Sequence record: NC_017972.1
DNA length: 64,000 nt
Strand: one strand, 5' to 3'
Shown here piece after piece: positions 55,622-64,000 of this stretch; positions within the stretch are counted from its first letter, which is position 1; every line of letters begins with the position of its first letter. A program made the position numbers and the translations under genes. The notes under the pieces were generated by a model, which saw nothing but the letters and a program-made list of their open reading frames with translations, searched no databases and was not told the origin of the DNA.

Positions 55622-57472
55622 ATGGCTAACGAAATGGTTGGTGTTCTGGTAAACGTTATTCGCGGCAAAAAAGAGCCGGTCAAAGAGCGCGTTATCAAGC
55701 AGCTGAAAACTGGCGTGTGCCGTACCGAGGCCGGTACTGAATTCAACGTGTCCGACGTTTTCAATCGCGGCAAAGGTAAATTCGTCACCCTTGGCGCTAA
55801 AGGCGGCGCCGTTGCGAAACCATCGCCAGCAAAAGAAACCGTATCGGCTGCGTCTGCACGTCCGGCCCCTGATGCTGTGACTTTCAAAGAGCTGGAAGAA
55901 AAGAACGGCAAGATTAACGGCGTTGCTGTTGCCCGCTTCCTGAAATCGAAAGGTCTGGTAGAAACCGAAGACGGCAATACTTACGAGCTGGCGAACATTC
56001 GCCGCCGTGGTAAAGGTTTCGTTTGCGACGACGTTGCGGGCACTGCACCGAAGTCCTCCAAAGCTTCGCAGGAAGAAAACACACGCAAGCCGCGTACTAC
56101 CGAAGCCAAGCCAGCAGCCAAAGCTTCGACCAAAGCGCCGAAAGAAACCACCAAAGGCGGCGCGAAGAAAAAGCAAGTCATTCTGGATTTCGACGCTGCA
56201 ACCTTTAGCGCCGATGCTGGTTCGTTCACCAACAACGATATCCGTCACAAGGAAATCGACGTTGACGGCGAATTGACCAAAGTTGATACGCTGTATAAAT
56301 CCGGCAAATTCATCACCGAGGCCGGACACACTCTGCACGTTGACGACGTGCGCGCACTGGCAAATGGCACCTTCTGCGTTTACTCGGAAGAGTACGTAGA
56401 CCAGCTGAAAGAAGCGTTTGAAGAAGAGCAGGCCGCAGCCCAGCGTGAACTGGATAACGCCCGCGAAGCCAGCACGCCGAAAATCAAATACAAAGGCCGC
56501 CGCCTGCACGTTGGCGATACCATCCACGTCATCGAGCACAAATATCGCGACGATACCGTTAAGACCAATAAAGGTCTGCGCGTTGCGATTGAAGAAATCG
56601 AAGTCATTAACGAACGCCTCGTTTACACCGGCGAAATTCAACAGCCAAAAACCAGTGGCGCACTGCCGAAGAAACGTAACGTTCCGGTCGCTCCACAAGC
56701 ACCGCGCAAAGTTACAGAATTCGATCCAGAAACCGCCGCCGATCTGCGCGACGTGCTGGGCGACGCAATCCGCAAAGTAATCGCGACCGATTACGTGCTG
56801 GACGTTGTAAGCGTGTTCGGTTCGCGTGGTCAGAAATTCTTTACCCTCGGCGTTACGCTCGCACTGCCCGACGTGACCGAGGATGAAATTCAGGATTTTC
56901 TGACTCGCCAGAATTCTGAAAACTATTCCGACGATAAAAACTCGGACCACGGTTCGCACCAGCTTCCTGATGAAGAGGAAGAGGACGAAGACGAAGTAGA
57001 CGAAGACGAACAGGAGGAAGAGGAAGACGAACAGGAGGAAGAGGAAGACGAACAGGAGGAAGAGGAAGACGAAGAACTGGAAGTTGACGAAGAGCTGGAA
57101 GTTGACAGCGATTTCGGTAAACACCAGACTTTTGAAACCGAAGCCGAAACTTCTTTCCCTGCTGATCCGTCCGCCGATATCAAAGGCGCTGATGGCCGTA
57201 TGCAGGCAATCATTAAACGCGCTGGTTACTTCAAAGCAATGCACAACGCGGCAACAGAGTGGTACAGCTCGCAGGAAGTCTTCGACGCTTTCGGTTACGA
57301 AATCGAACCGGGCCAGTGCGTTAAAGTCGATGGCGAAGACCATATGCTGTTTGGTCTGTTCAACGGCGAAATTGGCCTGATGCGTGTTAGCACTCAGTCC
57401 GTGCGTAAGGGCGTTAACTTCGACGTGTTCAAATCCATTTGCGCACAAAACGATATCGAACTGCCGCAATAA
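55622..57472 (+). CDS. large hypothetical protein with three short beta-repeats and an acidic tract
   Basis: 616 aa, GGAG RBS; TE.G..(F/Y/L).V..V...(G/A).G.F.V x3. Confidence 0.8.
   Translation: MANEMVGVLVNVIRGKKEPVKERVIKQLKTGVCRTEAGTEFNVSDVFNRGKGKFVTLGAKGGAVAKPSPAKETVSAASARPAPDAVTFKELEEKNGKINGVAVARFLKSKGLVETEDGNTYELANIRRRGKGFVCDDVAGTAPKSSKASQEENTRKPRTTEAKPAAKASTKAPKETTKGGAKKKQVILDFDAATFSADAGSFTNNDIRHKEIDVDGELTKVDTLYKSGKFITEAGHTLHVDDVRALANGTFCVYSEEYVDQLKEAFEEEQAAAQRELDNAREASTPKIKYKGRRLHVGDTIHVIEHKYRDDTVKTNKGLRVAIEEIEVINERLVYTGEIQQPKTSGALPKKRNVPVAPQAPRKVTEFDPETAADLRDVLGDAIRKVIATDYVLDVVSVFGSRGQKFFTLGVTLALPDVTEDEIQDFLTRQNSENYSDDKNSDHGSHQLPDEEEEDEDEVDEDEQEEEEDEQEEEEDEQEEEEDEELEVDEELEVDSDFGKHQTFETEAETSFPADPSADIKGADGRMQAIIKRAGYFKAMHNAATEWYSSQEVFDAFGYEIEPGQCVKVDGEDHMLFGLFNGEIGLMRVSTQSVRKGVNFDVFKSICAQNDIELPQ
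57005..57067 (+). repeat. coding tandem repeat, 3 x 21 bp
   Basis: GACGAACAGGAGGAAGAGGAA x3. Confidence 0.95.
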
Positions 57473-57543
57473 ACACCGCGAATCGGGGCACGGAATAATT
57501 CGCGCCCCAATACGCCCACCACATTAAGATTAGAGGCAATCAC

Positions 57544-58656
57544 ATGAACATTTTTGAACAACTGAAAAACGCCGCTTACCCAGCCCTGCAAACCACCTAT
57601 CGCGAAATCGCGTCGTCTATTTTCAGCACGTCGCCGGATGAACTGAGCGAGTGGCGCGAAGTCGATCCTATCGACGTTGGCTACGATGAAGACGCCGACC
57701 CGATGCACGCTAAGCGTGTGGTTTTCCCACTGTGGGAAATTCTGCCTTACGAATTCCAATCAGAGGCCGTGCATTCTGTTCTGTCCGCGCTGGATTTGGA
57801 ATACGAAACTTTCCATTACACCGCCGACATTCCGGGCTATATCATCGCGTACATTACCAGCGATCCGTTCGACCCTGCTGATATCATCGCTTTCTTTGGC
57901 GACCAAGAAGAGGAAGAGGAAGACGAAGAGCACGAAGAGGAAGAGGACGACGACGATAATCTGATCCCGCAGCGTTCGGGCGAAGTCGTGCGATTGGTTC
58001 CGCCCACTGCTGAATTGCAGCGACATGTCGTAGAAGACGAACCGTTTGACGTTGAAGACGAGCCGCTTGATATCGAAGTCGAACCGCTGCAACCGGAAGT
58101 AGCGACCCAGCCTGAAACCGCACCACAAGCGCCTGTAAGCGAAACCCCGGCCCCTGTCCTTACCGATGTTCGCGAAGTGGCTCAAACCGCACAGGAAGAG
58201 CAACCAGCGCCAGAAGTGCAGGCCGAACCAGCGCCAGAAGTGCAAGCCGAATCAGAGGCCGAACAAGCCTCGGTAATGGACGTGCAACCGGCTGTAGAAC
58301 CAGAACCGCAAAAACCGCAAGGCCCGGTACAAGATGATCCTGAATTGATCGTTGCGCGCCACGCTGAAAAACTGCAATTGCTGCAAGGCCGAGTGCCTAC
58401 CGATGTTCTCACTGAATTCAACGGTGAAAACAATGTTCTTTCGGTTGTGTACGAACGCCCGGTCGGTGCGGATATTTCCGAAGGCACCACCAGCGACGAA
58501 TGCCGTATCACCATGAAAAACGAACCGTTCCCGCCAGTTGGGCCTGTGCGTTTCCTCGATTTCTTCTACATGCACGACATGCAAGGCGATTTGCTGGTGC
58601 GTGCTGCGAGTGAAGACGCCGTGCTGCAAACGCTTGACAATCTGATGGGCAACTAA
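57544..58656 (+). CDS. acidic, Pro/Glu-rich hypothetical protein
   Basis: 370 aa, GAGG RBS; poly-E/D tract and APEVQAE repeats. Confidence 0.75.
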   Translation: MNIFEQLKNAAYPALQTTYREIASSIFSTSPDELSEWREVDPIDVGYDEDADPMHAKRVVFPLWEILPYEFQSEAVHSVLSALDLEYETFHYTADIPGYIIAYITSDPFDPADIIAFFGDQEEEEEDEEHEEEEDDDDNLIPQRSGEVVRLVPPTAELQRHVVEDEPFDVEDEPLDIEVEPLQPEVATQPETAPQAPVSETPAPVLTDVREVAQTAQEEQPAPEVQAEPAPEVQAESEAEQASVMDVQPAVEPEPQKPQGPVQDDPELIVARHAEKLQLLQGRVPTDVLTEFNGENNVLSVVYERPVGADISEGTTSDECRITMKNEPFPPVGPVRFLDFFYMHDMQGDLLVRAASEDAVLQTLDNLMGN

Positions 58657-58679
58657 TCGAAAGCTGCATTAATTAATTC

Positions 58680-58714
58680 GGGGAAGGACCGGGTTTCTGG
58701 TCCCTCCCCTTTTT
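58680..58714 (+). terminator. intrinsic terminator
   Basis: GGGGA.GGACC/GGTCC.TCCCC plus TTTTT. Confidence 0.75.
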
Positions 58715-58732
58715 CGTTTCGGGAAAAACCAC

Positions 58733-59191
58733 ATGACTAACGCCGTAACCCGCGAGCAAAAAATCGAATCCATTGAATCCATTCTGCTGATGCACGCAAA
58801 GGATTTCGCCGGGTTCCAACTCACCACGCATTACTCCGGTCTGCAAGGCCCGCACGTTGCAATCAAAACCTCCCAATACGAAGGCGACGTAACCGTCGAA
58901 TTCAGCGGCTCCGTTGTCCGCTTCGATATCGAAGGTTTCCGCCAGCGCTTCGCTGACACCTCTGCGTTTTTCAATTTCTTCAAGCGCACGCTGCAAGCCC
59001 CTAGCGCAGCCTGTGTTTCCCTCGCCGCCGCGCTCCACGGTAAAACCGCTGGCGTTTGCGTCATTGCCGAGCACAATAAAATCCTTTACATGTTCACCGA
59101 GAAAGAAGGCATGAACAATATGTTTGAGGCCAGCTTCAACAATCAGAAAACTCTGATGGCCTTGACCGATATCATTTCTATTTTCTCCTGA
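58733..59191 (+). CDS. hypothetical protein
   Basis: 152 aa with strong codon bias. Confidence 0.7.
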   Translation: MTNAVTREQKIESIESILLMHAKDFAGFQLTTHYSGLQGPHVAIKTSQYEGDVTVEFSGSVVRFDIEGFRQRFADTSAFFNFFKRTLQAPSAACVSLAAALHGKTAGVCVIAEHNKILYMFTEKEGMNNMFEASFNNQKTLMALTDIISIFS

Positions 59192-59216
59192 TCAAATCGC
59201 GAAAGGAAAATCGGTT

Positions 59217-59495
59217 ATGAACTACGCTACGCTCGCCTCCGCCGTTCTTGGCCTGATGGAGCATCACCCCTATATCATCACCGATAACCCAACGACTGAC
59301 ACCGCATATGATGCGGCGTGCAATTTGAATCGTGCGCTCGACTTGCTGCCCGATGCGTTGCCTTGCCGTGCATTTGCAACTCCCGGCAATACGTTTTTTG
59401 TTATTCGCGTTTCTGAAATCGCAGAGAATATCGACCTGCTCGAAACCCACTGCGACAAACGCCACCTACAAGACATTCAGCAATTTGCGAGCTGA
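59217..59495 (+). CDS. small protein resembling NAD-dependent ligase domain Ia
   Basis: EHHPYIITDNPTTDTAYD matches the LigA HH.Y..D.P..D..YD pattern. Confidence 0.5.
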   Translation: MNYATLASAVLGLMEHHPYIITDNPTTDTAYDAACNLNRALDLLPDALPCRAFATPGNTFFVIRVSEIAENIDLLETHCDKRHLQDIQQFAS

Positions 59496-59498
59496 CCT

Positions 59499-60794
59499 AT
59501 GGAATTGCTAACCGCGATGATTCACCGCTTGTATGAGCGGGGCCACTTGAAAACCTGCAAACCTGCCGAAGATCACACGACCTATTCATACGAATATATG
59601 GGGCGTCTGGTTAAGCAGGCGGTGACGGTGGATGTACGTATGAAACGGACCGAACTACTGCGAATTGTGAACCGCGCTTACAACGGTTCCCCCGAGGACA
59701 TGCACACGCTGGCGATGCTCTACAACACCGGCTATGGCGTGCCCTACGACCGCGAGCGCGCCATTCTCTGGATGCGTTTCGCCACGCAACAAGGCATGTA
59801 CTACGATACGTTCGGCGCAGCGTATCAGCGTGCATTGATCGAAGCACAAAATTGTCCCGAGACGATTTTCCCTGATCCGATTATTTATCCGTGTCTGGAT
59901 ATCATCCAGAAAATTCACGACGTACATAGCGATTCCAAATTGCGGTTAGGCTGCGCCGTGATGCCGCGCCTTGAAGGCATTCGCGTTTATTTGATTTACC
60001 GTCACGTACCGGGCGTAACTCCACACTTGTACGCAGGTTTTTACCACGACGGCGAAAACTATTTCATGGCACTGGATAAGCTGGTTGCTTTGGGTGTGCC
60101 TCGCTATTTCGGCGAGATTCGCGACAAGGTAATCATTACTGACTATGCGCCATTCGGCAATAACACAATGTACGTGGTGGCCGGTACGATTTACGTGCCT
60201 GAGTCCAAACGCGCAGGTCAAACGCATATGGAAGTTTTCAATTCGTTTATGACGGATGATTCCACGCTGCTGACCCGTGCGCATTTCGACATTGAAGACG
60301 ACAAGGCCGCGCTGGAAGAGGCGATTAAAACTGTAAATAAGTTAGAGAGACAGCGAGAACGTTTTGAAGGCGCCAATCGGCCAATGCCCGAGGAAAGCCT
60401 AAAGGCATTGAAGAAAGCAAAGAAACAGCGCCGTCTGCTGCGTGAAACGCTTGCGGTTGCTGATCCTGACGCTGATTACCAGCGTTATTTGGAATCGCGG
60501 CCCGAATCCCGTTTGCGCTTTGTTGCATCTGAGCTGTATCGCTGGAACCGTCGCCTTGGCTTGCATACCGTTCCGATGGGGCGGCAAGGGCAACAGCACC
60601 TATCATCCATTGGCTTTACCAGTCTCGACCATCCAACATTGGAATTCGCCGGTTGGATTGCCGATCATACTGACGTAGCCAAAACTGTAAATATGTATGA
60701 AAGGGCATTAGATGCAAAGGTGAAATCCTTGATTATGTTCCCAGCACCTAATTCTTCTGCTCGTTTCGTTGACGTATCGAGGATTGAACTGTGA
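59499..60794 (+). CDS. Sel1-repeat protein fused to a degenerate NAD-ligase adenylation domain
   Basis: Sel1: LAMLYNTGYGVPYDRERAILWMRFATQQG; ligase motif I-like PRLEGIRVYLIY; motif III-like VVAGTIY. Confidence 0.65.
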   Translation: MELLTAMIHRLYERGHLKTCKPAEDHTTYSYEYMGRLVKQAVTVDVRMKRTELLRIVNRAYNGSPEDMHTLAMLYNTGYGVPYDRERAILWMRFATQQGMYYDTFGAAYQRALIEAQNCPETIFPDPIIYPCLDIIQKIHDVHSDSKLRLGCAVMPRLEGIRVYLIYRHVPGVTPHLYAGFYHDGENYFMALDKLVALGVPRYFGEIRDKVIITDYAPFGNNTMYVVAGTIYVPESKRAGQTHMEVFNSFMTDDSTLLTRAHFDIEDDKAALEEAIKTVNKLERQRERFEGANRPMPEESLKALKKAKKQRRLLRETLAVADPDADYQRYLESRPESRLRFVASELYRWNRRLGLHTVPMGRQGQQHLSSIGFTSLDHPTLEFAGWIADHTDVAKTVNMYERALDAKVKSLIMFPAPNSSARFVDVSRIEL

Positions 60795-61660
60795 GTGACA
60801 CCATTTCGCACGAAGACCGGCAACAACAGCAATTGCATATGCGGCAAAAAGATTTGCCGCCTGCGCAAGAGCCAGAAGTTTTCAATCGTTTGCAAAGCCA
60901 CAACGCTAGCAACAGAAACCTGAAAGGGGAATTCCTGCTCAAGTTGGTGCCGCGTGTGGACGTGGTATTGAGCGCCTGCCTCAATACTGTAAATGATGTA
61001 GTAGACGAACACCGAACGCTGATCATCGGCGGCGAGGAACGTTCGCTCTACCGCCCGCTTTCCCGCAAAGAGCAAGGCGTAGCGATTCAGCCGCTGACTG
61101 ACCTGTATCAATACGTCACCGAAATTGCTGCAAATGAATACGTCGTTTTCGGCACCGACAAAGATCACGCCGAACGCGTAAGCGCTCTAGTTGAATTGCT
61201 GAATCAACATATGAAAGCCAGCTTTGCTGGTAGCGCATATGAAAACGAAAATGGTGATAGCGAATTCGCTATTTCTCAACGTGATTACTTCCAAACCAGC
61301 ATCCACGTTAGCGACGTTGAACGCGGAACTGTAAATGTAGTATATCTGAGCATTCGTGTAATCATTCACGCTGCCAGCCTGACCAAAGGCAACGCCGACC
61401 CGGAAACTGCGGTTAAGAACTTCAACGGTTCGTATCGCACCGTGGTCAAAAACTTTGCGAATGCTACCGGGATTGAAACCGGTGTGCATGTTGCTTTTGA
61501 CGTTTCTAATTTCACTGTACGTCCTCAATTGCTGTCCCTGTTTACCGCACTGTGCGGCGAAGAGCAGACCAGCGTTGAAGCGGTAAACCCTCAACATTAT
61601 CACGGCGCTAACACGTTGGTAAGCGTCGTTCTTTCGACAAAGGCACTGAAAAATGGCTAA
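60791..61660 (+). CDS. hypothetical protein
   Basis: 289 aa, GTG start overlapping the upstream stop. Confidence 0.7.
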   Translation: MSDTISHEDRQQQQLHMRQKDLPPAQEPEVFNRLQSHNASNRNLKGEFLLKLVPRVDVVLSACLNTVNDVVDEHRTLIIGGEERSLYRPLSRKEQGVAIQPLTDLYQYVTEIAANEYVVFGTDKDHAERVSALVELLNQHMKASFAGSAYENENGDSEFAISQRDYFQTSIHVSDVERGTVNVVYLSIRVIIHAASLTKGNADPETAVKNFNGSYRTVVKNFANATGIETGVHVAFDVSNFTVRPQLLSLFTALCGEEQTSVEAVNPQHYHGANTLVSVVLSTKALKNG

Positions 61661-62204
61661 GGCTGACAAAGCTCCAAAATCCAAAGCACGCGGCAAAGTT
61701 TCCAAACTCGACAAGGCTCTGCGTAAGCTGAACGGCACCAGCGCAAAAACCCCATTCACTCTGAAATCCGGTCAGTTCACCGTGACCAGCTACGCGGTCC
61801 AGCCTACCGAAGTTCCGGGCTACCTGATCGACCGTTCGGAAACTCACGTTGTTTACCGCCACAAGAAAACCAGCGCCTCGAAACAAATGGTCGTTTCGGT
61901 ATTCCCGATTGCCCAAGTGCTGGGCCTGCTGGGTGGCAAAGACGGCGGTTCGATTACCGTTCCGCAACGTCGCGCTTTCAACAGCGTAACCGGCACCCTG
62001 AAATTTGAAGGCAGCACCGTAGCCGTCACCGACGAACACGGCGTTGTTTCCTATATCGACCTGTCGAGCGGCGATCACGAAATTCGTGCAGCCGATGCCG
62101 AAGGTTCGCAAGCCTCGGGCCGTGGCGCCAAGGCTGATAAAGGTGACGGCAAGAAGAAAGCCAAAGTCACCGATATCAAAGAAGGCAAAAAGAAAAAAAA
62201 GTAA
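61653..62204 (+). CDS. hypothetical beta-rich protein with Lys-rich termini
   Basis: 183 aa; ends KEGKKKKK. Confidence 0.75.
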   Translation: MAKADKAPKSKARGKVSKLDKALRKLNGTSAKTPFTLKSGQFTVTSYAVQPTEVPGYLIDRSETHVVYRHKKTSASKQMVVSVFPIAQVLGLLGGKDGGSITVPQRRAFNSVTGTLKFEGSTVAVTDEHGVVSYIDLSSGDHEIRAADAEGSQASGRGAKADKGDGKKKAKVTDIKEGKKKKK

Positions 62205-62260
62205 CGAACACTCGTTACGAAGGCGACCTTGACTAAGGTTCTGGTCGCCACCTGCTTAAA

Positions 62261-62348
62261 ACTGTAAATACATAGTAAGAGCGAACGATTCAGCGAAGGC
62301 GCCACTGATAGCCGCCTAGCCGGACACCGCCATACAAAACTGTAAATA
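62261..62348 (+). promoter_or_regulatory. tandem pair of ACTGTAAATA motifs
   Basis: copies at 62261-62270 and 62339-62348 upstream of the acidic protein gene. Confidence 0.7.
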
Positions 62349-62396
62349 CAGTGTAGATACACCAACTAAACCCAATCGATAAGTCTGGAGTTTCAA

Positions 62397-62876
62397 ATGG
62401 CAAAGGCAAAAAACAGCAAGAAAGGCAAGAACAAAGCAGCCCCGGAAATTTCCGCTGATCTGATGAACCTGATCAATCTGGACGTGCTGCAAATCGTTCT
62501 GCAAGCCCTGCAAGACGCCGGTTGCGAAACCGCCGAGGATATGATCGGCGCCGTTGGCATGATGCAGGAAAAGCGTGAAGAAGAAGACGAAGACGAAGAC
62601 GAAGAGGAAGAAGACGAAGACGAAGACGAAGAGGAAGAAGACGAGGACGAAGAAGACGAGGACGAAGAAGACGAGGACGAAGAAGACGAGGACGAAGAAG
62701 ACGAGGACGAAGACGAAGAAGACGAAGACGAAGACGAAGACGAAGAAGACGAGGATGAAGACGAAGACGAAGAAGACGAAGAGGACGAAGAGGACGAAGA
62801 CGAAGACGAAGACGAAGAAGACGAAGAGGACGAGGATGAAGACGAGGATGAAGAAGACGAAGACGACGACGAATAA
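62397..62876 (+). CDS. polyacidic protein (99-residue Asp/Glu-only tail)
   Basis: GGAG RBS; codons from 62577 to 62873 encode only D or E. Confidence 0.85.
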   Translation: MAKAKNSKKGKNKAAPEISADLMNLINLDVLQIVLQALQDAGCETAEDMIGAVGMMQEKREEEDEDEDEEEEDEDEDEEEEDEDEEDEDEEDEDEEDEDEEDEDEDEEDEDEDEDEEDEDEDEDEEDEEDEEDEDEDEDEEDEEDEDEDEDEEDEDDDE

Positions 62877-62927
62877 GTCGGACTTCGCTTGACCTTCTGA
62901 CTTCGATTCTCGAACAGGAATATCTAG

Positions 62928-62958
62928 GAACCCGGACAACCGCATCCGGGTTTCTTTC
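62928..62958 (+). terminator. probable terminator hairpin
   Basis: GAACCCGGA/TCCGGGTTTC followed by TTT. Confidence 0.55.
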
Positions 62959-63000
62959 TGCCCAAATTCAGCTTTTTAAAAAACCAAGGAAATTTTCGAC

Positions 63001-63534
63001 ATGGCAAAGAATGACGTAACCATCAACGGTAAACAGGAAATCTCCCGTCTGCGCAAACAAGAGCGCGCACTGGAAGCCACTCAGAAAGCAAACGAGAAAG
63101 TAGCCGACGCGGTTAACTCGCAGCTGGAAGAAGTGCGCGCCCAAATCAACGCCGTTGAAGGCAAGCTGGGCGGCGACGAAGCCCCAGCAAAAGGCAAAGC
63201 CAAAGCCGCCGCCAAGGCCCCTGCCAAAGCCGACAAGAAAGCCCCGGCCAAAGGCAAAGCCAAAGCCGAAGAAAAACCGGCTAAAGGCAAGAAATCTACC
63301 AAGGAAGAAGAGAAGCCTGCTAAAGGCAAGAAAACTGCCAAGGTAGAAGAAAAGCCTGCCAAGAAAGCCAAGAAAGAAAAGGCCGAAGAAAAACCGGCCA
63401 AGAAGGACAAGAAAGCCAAGGCCGAAGAAAAGGCCCCGAAAAAGTCCAAGAAAGCCGACAAGGCCGAAAAGGGCGGCAAGAAGTCCAAAAAGAAAGAAGG
63501 CAAATCCAAAAAAGACTTTGACGATTTCGAGTAA
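63001..63534 (+). CDS. Lys/Ala-rich histone H1-like protein with an N-terminal coiled coil
   Basis: EKPAKGKK-type repeats; 177 aa. Confidence 0.75.
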   Translation: MAKNDVTINGKQEISRLRKQERALEATQKANEKVADAVNSQLEEVRAQINAVEGKLGGDEAPAKGKAKAAAKAPAKADKKAPAKGKAKAEEKPAKGKKSTKEEEKPAKGKKTAKVEEKPAKKAKKEKAEEKPAKKDKKAKAEEKAPKKSKKADKAEKGGKKSKKKEGKSKKDFDDFE

Positions 63535-63558
63535 TCGTTAAGCTCTACTGAGTTAGGG

Positions 63559-63580
63559 AAGGGGGCTATGCCCCCTTTTC
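63559..63580 (+). terminator. intrinsic terminator
   Basis: AAGGGGGC-TAT-GCCCCCTT plus TT. Confidence 0.8.
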
Positions 63581-63584
63581 TTGT

Positions 63585-64000
63585 ATGCACTGGCTGCATT
63601 CAGTTGACCAGATCATCTACCGCTTAGGCTCTGCGTGTTTCACCTACACCGAATTTGCGCGTTTGCTTTATGAGCTGCGCGAAGATCGTAGGCACGCATT
63701 GGCTATGGCGCACGCTGAGTCACACCGTAGCGGTTCGCGGCAGACTCTATCTACGGAAGTTGTAAAAGACAAAGAAGAAACACAAGCGAATAAGCTAAGA
63801 GCGCAGGCCACTATCCTTGAGGATGGCGCCCGCAATTTAATTGCGCTGCCCGCTCTGTACGCTGCCCGCCTTGAACTTAAATCTATTGAGTTCATCCTCA
63901 CGCAAGTTGAACCTCACGTTAGAAATATCCCCTTTGCTTTCCAAGAATGCCAGCAGCTGGAAAACACTCTAGCGCTGTTGTGGAAATACCACTTGGAAAT
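63585..64000 (+). CDS. hypothetical protein, truncated by the window end
   Basis: ATG at 63585 (MHWLHSVDQIIYRL...) stays open to base 64000; absent from the track because it has no stop. Confidence 0.55.
   Translation, partial: MHWLHSVDQIIYRLGSACFTYTEFARLLYELREDRRHALAMAHAESHRSGSRQTLSTEVVKDKEETQANKLRAQATILEDGARNLIALPALYAARLELKSIEFILTQVEPHVRNIPFAFQECQQLENTLALLWKYHLE

Noticed and set aside
45429-62873. Tandem repeats as CRISPR arrays
   Set aside because: Units are multiples of 3, lack unique spacers and encode acidic tracts inside ORFs
1-64000. Stop-codon reassignment
   Set aside because: Conserved genes are full length under the standard code, and TAG ends polA and sbcC normally

Overview
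A gene-dense 64 kb segment of a large (jumbo-type) dsDNA tailed phage genome, roughly 50% GC by eye. Genes run on the minus strand up to about 40.5 kb and on the plus strand after that, except the primase. Replication and recombination genes: family A DNA polymerase with an N-terminal UDG-like fold, beta sliding clamp, DnaX-type clamp loader, DnaG primase, stand-alone 5'-3' exonuclease, SbcC/SbcD, RuvC-like resolvase, Cas4-like nuclease, two-subunit type IIA topoisomerase, HNH nuclease and a ~2020 aa SNF2-type helicase. These are interspersed with probable virion genes and many hypothetical ORFs. The gene content suggests a Lu11/PaBG/phiRSL1-like myovirus; this is inference and was not checked. 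Most notable: (1) a split, catalytically dead NAD-ligase homologue carrying a Sel1 repeat; (2) three unrelated ORFs carrying short segments that resemble tail sheath, portal and major capsid proteins; (3) a co-oriented TGTAAATA promoter-like motif; (4) strongly basic (AT-hook-like) and strongly acidic disordered proteins, plus Lys-rich tails on replication enzymes; (5) two structured non-coding regions at 36.9-37.6 kb and 55.3-55.6 kb. I saw no tRNA, rRNA, CRISPR array, integrase or transposase. All domain calls come from reading motifs by eye; no searches were run.
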